DNA of 64,000 nucleotides from NCBI RefSeq assembly GCF_036321535.1, contig NC_087436.1, positions 88,290,001-88,354,000 of the forward strand, read 5' to 3'. The DNA is from Camelus dromedarius. Its lineage: Eukaryota. Every line of letters begins with the position of its first letter. Positions within the stretch are counted from its first letter, which is position 1. Position numbers and translations under genes: made by a program. Under the pieces are notes generated by a model. It was given only the letters and a program-made list of their open reading frames with translations, was not told the DNA's origin and ran no database searches. Positions 56,483-64,000 of the stretch are shown one piece after another.

Positions 56483-57373
56483 TTTCTACTTTGTTTCCAA
56501 TTAGAAGTATGTGAACTATTATCTTCTTATTGCTTAAATTTTAATTTCTTAATTAGTATTAGGCAAAGATTATTTTCATGTTTTTGCTGTTGAGTTTTCT
56601 TTCCCTGTAATATGCCTGTTTATATCTTTTGCCCATGTTTATTTCATTGCTTATCATTTTCTTGTTCATTGAAAAGAGTTCTTTATTTATTATGTATTTT
56701 AATCCTTTGTTCTCTCCTTCCTTGTTCTCCCACCTGTAACTTGGTCACTTTCTTTATAGTACTCTGAATACACATTTTAGATCTAATGTAGCTAAAATTT
56801 ACTAACAGTATAGTTTCATTTGTTTGGTGTCTTGAAGACCAGAGAATCAGCATTACTTAGAATTAATGTACAAGCATTTATATCCCTGGATGAGACCTAG
56901 TTCTCTGGGCTAAACATTCCCTGGTTCTATATCCCTACTATGCCTATGGAAGCAGAAAAAACAGACAAATTCTTGGAGCTTGGACATAGCTGGAAATCTT
57001 AAGACTGCCCATAAGATGCTGCACTTTAGGCAATGCGTTCCTTGGGCTATGACAGAGATTCTCACCAGCTCACAGTTTGAATACCAGTTTTTGTTTTGTT
57101 TTGTTTTGGGGAGGGCAGGGGTTAAACCAGGAAGATGGCCTAATTCCTTAGCAATTATCATCATCCACATTATTCTTAATGGGAAGTATTAACAATCTGG
57201 TATATGCTACTCTTTAAAAAGTAGAAAAGAAATATTAAATCTTGAGTCACATTACTGGATAGAAGCTGCCAGGATATTTCTCATAGCATCCTGCTGGTTC
57301 TGTGGATGATAGCTGGGGTTTTTTAACACCTGGTGCCTAATGCTCTGCCATTTGTTAAGATATTTCTTTCCAG

Positions 57374-57511
57374 GAAGGATTGGATGCGTAGCTATTTTTC
57401 ACACCCATATGAAAAAGCTCACACCCAACTCTGCCTTGCTGAATGTCTGAAAACTAGGATGCACACAAAGTGGATATAATACCTACTGTCCTTCCACCAG
57501 GAAGAAAAAAG
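57374..57511 (+). pseudogene. Tubulin-like relic exon (138 bp, phase 2-2)
   Basis: tttctttccag acceptor. KDWMRSYFSHPYEKAHTQLCLAE aligns ungapped to gamma QDEMSDVVVQPY and beta PYNATLSVHQLVE; one stop (57477); AG|gtagca donor. Confidence 0.7.
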
Positions 57512-57914
57512 GTAGCACAGCTTCTTTTTTTTAATGACTGTGAGAACTAGAAAAGTTACTTTCCCTCTAAGACTGCTAGATGAACCAATCCAAGCTTTAA
57601 AATCCTTGGTGAATTTCCCTTATTGCGCAAACTCTTCCAAAGCAAAATTAAAGAACCACTTATTAGTCATTACTAATACTAAAAATTACACCCCAACTTC
57701 ATGGATTCTCATAGATAGAGGGCTTATCTGTCAGAGAGATGGGGCAGAGAGAAAACTGTTTCATGTGATCACTTCCTTTTAATGCTTTCTTTTATGTTTA
57801 CATAAAAGGCTTTCTTCATCTTTCATGGCAATTTCTCAAGCCTGTATTAAGGACCGTTTTTTTTTTTTTTTCCCTTAAGCTATTGAATCTTTATCTCTGT
57901 TAAAAATCATTACT

Positions 57915-58688
57915 AACAACCCAATCCAAAAATGGGCAGAATAGTTAAAGAAGCAATTCTCCAGTGAAGACATACAAATGGCCAACAGGCACATGAAGAA
58001 AATGCTTAATGTCACTCATTATCACAGAAACGCAAATCAACACTACAATGAGGTATCACCTCACATCAGTCAGAATGGCCATCATTCAGAAGTCTGCAAT
58101 AAATGCTGGAGAGGGTGTGGAGAAAAGGGAAACCTCCTACACTGCTGGTAGGAATGTAGTTTGATGCAGCCATTATGGAAAACAGTATGGAGATTCCTAA
58201 GAAAACTAAAAATAGACCTATGATATGATCCAGCAATCTCATTCCTGGGTATATATCTGGAGGGAACTCTAATTTGAAAAGATACATGCACCTCAATGTT
58301 CACAGCAGCACTATATACAATAGCCAAAACATGGAAGCAACCTAAATGTCCATTGACAGTTGACTAGATAAAGAAGTTGTGGTATATTTATACAATGGAA
58401 GACTACTCAGCCATAAAAAAGAATAAAATAATGCTATTTGCAGCAACAGAAATGGACCTAGAGATCATCATTCTAAGTAAGCCAGAAAGAGAAACAAAAA
58501 TACCGTATGATATCATTTATATGTGGAATCTGAAAAAAAAAAGGACACTATGAGCTCATCTACAAAACAGAAACAGACTCACATAGTAAACAATCTCATG
58601 GTTGCCGGGAAGAGGGGATGGGAAGGGATGAATTTGGGAGTTGGAGATTTGAAAGTGTTGGCCACTATTTATGGAAATAGATTTAAAA
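57915..58688 (+). mobile_element. Young L1: ORF2 C-terminus plus partial 3'UTR
   Basis: aacaacccaatccaaaaatgggcag...; TSD AAAAATCATTACT at 57902-57914 and 58689-58701. Confidence 0.9.
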
Positions 58689-59466
58689 AAAAATCATTAC
58701 TTTAAATTCAGTAAAATTGTTAACAAGGACAGTTTTTTTAAAAAATAATAAGCTTCAAAGCTTGATCATAGAATATATACTAATTATAGAAAATATTTTA
58801 AAATATAGAAAAATAAAGAATATAAAAATCTAAAAGCATACAACTCAGAAGTAATAATTATTTTTTAGAATATAATTTGTCATTTTTCTAGGCATATATC
58901 CATACATTTTAACCAAAGATGAAATCATAAAGTCCATCTGTTTTATAAGTTTATTTTTCACTGAATTTTTTTGGGCATAACATTTTACTATAGTACTAAA
59001 TAGTCTTCTAAAATATCATTATAGCTAAAATATCCTTATATTTATGTATATTATCACAAAGTTGGGTCATAGTGTACTTAAAGAGAAATGAACCTAACCA
59101 TTTCTAATTCTTCATGTTATGAATTTTAACATTGATGAAAATCATTAACTTTTTACACATGTCCATAATATGTCTTTGGCATATAGTCCTTGCTGGATCA
59201 AATGGTATAAAAAATTTTAGGGCCCTTGATATTTACTGCAAAATGTCTCTTAATAAAGTTTATATAATTTATACGCTTAAAAGCATTTTAATTTTTTTTA
59301 ACTTCCTTACAGATAAGATTTTAAATTTGTTGGCCCTACCCTATAGATAATACATGTCAAGCTTGATAATGTTTATCAATATTCAGTGGAATACTGATCC
59401 ATTAGCACTGACTAACTTCTAAACCCTATGTGTTCTCCTTCATTTCTTCTTCCCCACCCTCCCCAG

Positions 59467-59737
59467 ATTTGATGAGTATTTCATCTTGGATTTTGGTGAT
59501 GTGGAAGGAAATGGCTTCTCTGCATGCATTTGCTTTAAAAAAATTTCGTTTAACGGCCTTATATCTGGACATTCCTTTTGAACTTAGAAGGCTAGAAGTC
59601 AGTGTCTTTATTCCCACACCAATTACTGACCTCTTTCCTGACCCTAACAGGATGGTGGCCTCTTGTCTTGCAGCCCAAAGGGGAGAGATGGTTATCAATT
59701 CAGGGAATAAAATACATGGACTAATAATACCTCATAG
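59467..59737 (+). pseudogene. Tubulin-like relic exon (H7-T7-H8 to S8); donor degenerate
   Basis: Long pyrimidine tract plus ccag, phase 2. FDEYFILDFGDV, then one frameshift into KEMASLHAFALKKFR...ELRRLEVSVFIPTPITDLFPDPNRMVASC...NKIHGLIIP. Compare beta DLRKLAVNMVPFP, gamma LIPTP and NIIQGEVDP, alpha FEPANQMVKC. Confidence 0.78.
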
Positions 59738-59954
59738 AATTATCCCATCACATGTCTTTTGAATATTATGTTTTATATGAAAAATGGTTATGTTATAATA
59801 AGTTAAAGTAATAGGAAAATATATTTATATCTGATTAAAGCTATATAAAATGAAAATGTCTGTACAGAAAATAACACAGGGATGAGGAATACTAAATTGC
59901 TAATCTGGGTTACATTTAGAGCAGTGGGATTATGGGTGAGGTTTGTTTAAAAAA

Positions 59955-60195
59955 ATTTTTAATATAAGTGTAGTGGATTTACAATGTTACTTTCAGGGGT
60001 ACAGCAAAGTGATTCAGTTATACATATACATACATATTTATTTTTTCTTTTCAGATTCTTTTCCATTATATGTTATTATAAGAAACTGAATATAGTTCCC
60101 TGTGCTATACAGTAGGTCCTTGTTGTTCATCTATTTTATATATAGTAATGTGTGTCTGTTAATCCCCACCCTCTAATACATCCCTCTCTGCATGG
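59955..60195 (-). mobile_element. L1 3' end (artiodactyl type)
   Basis: gaatatagttccctgtgctatacagtaggtccttgttg. Confidence 0.8.
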
Positions 60196-60301
60196 GTGAG
60201 ATTTTATCTCCATGTTTTCTAAAATGCTTGTGATTACTTTCACAAATAAGAAAAAGAATGAAATTACCAAAACAAAGAGAAATGTTTTTCATTGCTTGCA
60301 G

Positions 60302-60376
60302 GTACATTTCCTTCCACAGACCTCGAATAATGGAGAAATAACCTACATTTATAGATAATGACCCCACTCTCCTGCG
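60302..60376 (+). pseudogene. Tubulin-like relic exon (alternative in-frame acceptor at 60320)
   Basis: YISFHRPRIMEK*PTFIDNDPTLLR versus gamma [20 protein letters not shown]; phase-2 CG|gtaagc donor. Confidence 0.68.
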
Positions 60377-60773
60377 GTAAGCCATTCTAGTGCTTCGATA
60401 ACTTTCTTGCTCAGGAAGTCTTCCTTCTGTCATTAAATACCTTCTGCTATATTATTATAATATTTCTTATGTCTCTGGCTAAAGTTTTAGTTTGTTATTT
60501 AGCCAATGTTATCACTGTGGTTAACCACAGAGGAAAAGTATCTTTATATATTATAAGTAACAATAATATGTTAGCTAAACTATTAGTTGTTCATTAAAAG
60601 CATTACAAATTATGGAAACTTCTATCATAATGTGTCATAATATACTAGGATAAATATAAGCTGAGATACAATAATTTGTTTTTATCTACCAAACTTCTTA
60701 GCATATGGGAAAATTCTAATATATGATTATTACATAAATTTTATGATTTAAAAAATTACGATTATTTCTTAAG

Positions 60774-60922
60774 AATATAAATGATTTAAAATACCTTGAT
60801 GTTTGAAAGTCTTTGGATTAAAACCCAGCGAGACTTTTAGACATTTTTTAAAAAAACCGTCTTCATCTACAATATGAGAGGTTTTGCCTGGAGGGCCTCT
60901 AATCCTTTCACCCTGTACAAAG
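60774..60922 (+). pseudogene. Tubulin-like relic exon (149 bp; S10-H11)
   Basis: Phase-2 start completes CGA. MI*NTLMFESLWIKTQRDF*TFFKKTVFI aligns ungapped to alpha [29 protein letters not shown] and gamma [20 protein letters not shown]; G|gtatgt donor, phase 1. Confidence 0.78.
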
Positions 60923-61194
60923 GTATGTAATTCTACAACTTTATGATCCATTGGCCAGTGGCCAAAAATTCAAAATTAGTTATTTTTTATATTTAAATAT
61001 TGTTTCAATTATTTTAAAAAACACCAGAAAAAAAAATAGAACTGGCATATTTAGGCCAGACCTGTATTGCAAATGGAAACAGAGTTGAGCACTTATCTAG
61101 TCTCTAGAGCATCACTCCCTCAAGATGACAGAATGCAGGCTATTTTTACATGTAGTGAGGATAATTTTTTAAAATGGCTCTGTGCTTTATACAG

Positions 61195-61238
61195 TCTTTT
61201 TCACACTCCATGTTGACTATGCACATGGCCTGAAATAA
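61195..61238 (+). pseudogene. Tubulin-like relic terminal exon
   Basis: gctttatacag acceptor, phase 1; VFFTLHVDYAHGLK*. LxxDY falls at the same spacing from the AF(V/I) Phe as alpha LEKDY. AATAAA (61234-61239) overlaps the stop. Confidence 0.6.
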
Positions 61239-61715
61239 AATAGTACTTGAGTGCAGTAGAAGCACTACAGAGACAGCTCACTGACAACAGCTTTGAAAGC
61301 TTCAATTATAAAAGCACAGAAATTGCCTAGAGAAAGGGGAAAAATAAAACCTACTATCTAACCAGGTGCTCCTCAGCCACTGGTCCAAAATATTCGTATA
61401 GATTGAGCAATGGCCCAAAGGAGAAGCAGTTCAGACTAAAGTGAACCCTGATGGGTCTGTTTCAGTTTGAAGGAGTCATTTTAACATGGGATGATCAACC
61501 CCTAGTCTCGAAGTCCCTGAAACATCTCTGAGGAGACATTAACTAAGGAATTGCATTCAGTATAAGATAACTAGGGATCTCTTAGTATCATGAACTCAGG
61601 CTGTGGAAACTCCACTGGCAGTGCTTCCCAAGGTGTGATACCAGGGGCATTTAAAGCAGGGCCATTTTCCCTGCCTGCCCCTCTGTGAATGTACTACCAC
61701 AGTATGTCTGGATCC

Positions 61716-62045
61716 ACGCTGTACAATACGGGGCCACTGGGCACAAACAGCTATCAGATACTTGAAGGTGGCTAATCCAAACTGAGATGTGGTATAAGTG
61801 TAAAGCACATATCCAATTTTCAAAGCACAGTAGGGAAAAAAGAAGACTGTAAAGTGTCTCACTAATAATTTTTTTGTATGGATCACATGTTGAAAAGGTC
61901 CTATTTTGAATAAATCGGGTAAAATAAGACATTAATTTTGCTTGTTTCTTTCTACTTTTTTCAATGTGGCTATTAAAACATTTTTGACAACAAGTGTGGC
62001 CTGCACTTGAGGACCATATTATATTTTGACCGGAGGGTGCTGCCC
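61716..62045. mobile_element. MER33/MER3-like hAT-Charlie element
   Basis: gtggctaatccaaactgagatgtggtataagtgtaaa...tttttcaatgtggctatta. Confidence 0.7.
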
Positions 62046-63584
62046 TGGATAGACACTGCCTGGAAGAGCTCCTGCCATCCCCGCACTCCGCTCCCACAGC
62101 ATGCTGGGAGTGACACCTGGGACCACTAGAGAGAGCTCTGCCTCAGGAGAGTGAGGAGAATTTATCTGATGGCCAACAGCAGGGGGTTGTGTTGGAAGTT
62201 CCGTGCTAGGTGCTGGGGCTCAGTCCGGGGCTGAGGGCGGATGAGGCAGAGGGAGGAAATAATAGATCTTTGCACTTTCGGTTTCCTTAAGTTTCCTTAT
62301 TAAGTAGATTTATTTAAGTGGGGGCGGGTGAGTAAATTTAAAAATCTATTAGTACAGGTAGGTCTGTGGATATGTAAATATGGCAACTGAAGTTTGTGTT
62401 ATACATCAAGGTGACTGTTTAGTTAAGATTCTTTGAATAAAACCATTGGTATGTGTATATTATAATATTATTTTCTGGCTTTTATTGTGAATCCTCAACT
62501 TTTCTGTTTCATAGTAAATACAGCACAGGGTTCATTTTCTCCATCATATCTGGTGGTAGCTAACTTCAGGCCATTTAAGGAAGGACAGAAGTTAACTTTT
62601 CTGTCCCACACTATTTCTTCTCTATCTACACCTGCAGCAGGCGCTCTGTCTCTGTTGCTACCAACACTTAATCAAAGTGCCCATAAAAAGAGTTTATATA
62701 ATACACTAAGCTGTCCTTTTGAAAGTTTCTATTAGCCCCTAAGGACCGGAGTTGCATTATTATAGAAGGATGATTGAGAACTTTCTGTTCAAACAGAATA
62801 CAAGAGTTCTACACTTTTTTTTTCCTGTTAAAGTTAACGATGCAGGAAACTATAAAGAGTAGAAAAACAGCTTGAGAATGAAGGCAATTTTGCAAATAGA
62901 ATTGAATTCATTAACCACCTTCTTCTACAAAGAGAAATTTATTATTTACAGCCACTTGGCAATTTGATGAGTCACTCAGCTAGGTGCAAGGTGAAGGTAT
63001 ATAGCAGGTGCTAATTTCATGAAATCTTGCAGATAATTAAGAAGAAATCTCACAGAGGGCAATTTCTAGTACAGATCTGAAAACTTCAAAATGGAGAAAC
63101 TCAGCATTAGAAAAAGGGGAAGAAATTTCTTTTCAAAAAGAGAAAGATGTTAATTTTTACCTCTTGAAAGACCATAAGGACTGCCATCAGTTCTAGCAGA
63201 CTCCCTAATGACAACGCGTCCAGAGGTCATATTTTCTAATGGGCTTTGTTCCCACCATTGTTTAGAAGCCAAGAATAAGTTGAATTAAAGAAGCCTAGCT
63301 TGTTTTTGGTCATCATATTGTGTTTTCAATGTTATGAAATAACATGCAATGTTAGAAAAACAAGCACAGGAAAAGGGAGTTCCTTATAACGTCTTTATTT
63401 CTTTTGATTTAAATTATTCCTGGGGGAAAAGGGAACAGAAAAGGCAAAAATGTTTCTTCCATTTTACAAATACATGTAGTATACAATCTCCTTAATTTGG
63501 GATTAATTTGGCTGAGCACCTCTGAGTGGTGACCTCTGGAAGATGATGTGGAACATGCCTTGATTTCAGGGTTTTTGTTTTTGT

Positions 63585-64000
63585 TTTTTTAATTCTTTTC
63601 CATTGTGGTTTATTACAGGATATTGAATATAGTTCCCTGGGCTATACAGTAGGGCCTTGTTGTTTACCTATTTCATATATAGCAGTTTGTATCTCTTAAT
63701 CCCAAACTCCTAATTTATCCCTCCCCGGCCCACTTTCCCCTTTGGTAACCATAAGCTTTTTTCCCCTTGGTCTGTGAATCTGTTGCTGTTCTGTAAATTA
63801 GTTCATTTGTGTCATATTTTAGATTTCACATATAAGTGATATATGGTATTTATCTTTCTCTTTCTGACTTACTTAGTATGATAATATCTAGGTCCATCTA
63901 TGTTGCTGTAAATGGCATTATTTCATTCTTTTTTTATGACTCAGTAGTATTCCATTGTGTATATATACCAAATCTTCTTTATCTGTTCATCTGTTGATGA
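63585..64000 (-). mobile_element. L1 3' end running off the window
   Basis: ggatattgaatatagttccctgggctatacagtagg...cccctttggtaaccataag. Confidence 0.85.

Larger units (their letters stand above)
50830..61238 (+). pseudogene. Multi-exon unitary pseudogene of a highly divergent tubulin-superfamily gene
   Basis: At least 8 exon-like blocks in colinear order, most splice phases compatible, with tubulin-like motifs in expected order and spacing. At least 9 in-frame stops and 2-3 frameshifts. See the exon entries. Confidence 0.75.

Overview
Mammalian genomic DNA, most likely a camelid: nine tRNA-derived SINEs with the GGGGAGGGTATAGCTCA..GCATGC..GTCCTGGGTTCAATCCCCAGTACC head, plus young L1 3' ends. 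The left 27 kb holds the first two coding exons of SLAIN2 on the minus strand (27129-26741 and 2830-2682, 23.9-kb intron 1) and its CpG-island promoter. The rest looks like repeat-rich intergenic DNA (L1, L2, MIR, hAT elements, three same-family solo ERV1 LTRs with exact 4-bp TSDs). The main discovery lies in the unique sequence between those repeats: a plus-strand, multi-exon, decayed gene (about 50830-61238). Its spliced translation is colinear with the tubulin fold from the N-terminal GxxG to the last helix, with several gamma-tubulin-like hallmarks but no GGGTGSG motif, no M-loop segment and no acidic tail. It reads as a unitary pseudogene of a highly divergent tubulin-superfamily member. 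A second, unidentified candidate relic gene lies at about 30914-34010. Protein comparisons were made by eye against tubulin sequences recalled from memory, and repeat subfamily names and boundaries without TSDs are approximate; both need computational confirmation.
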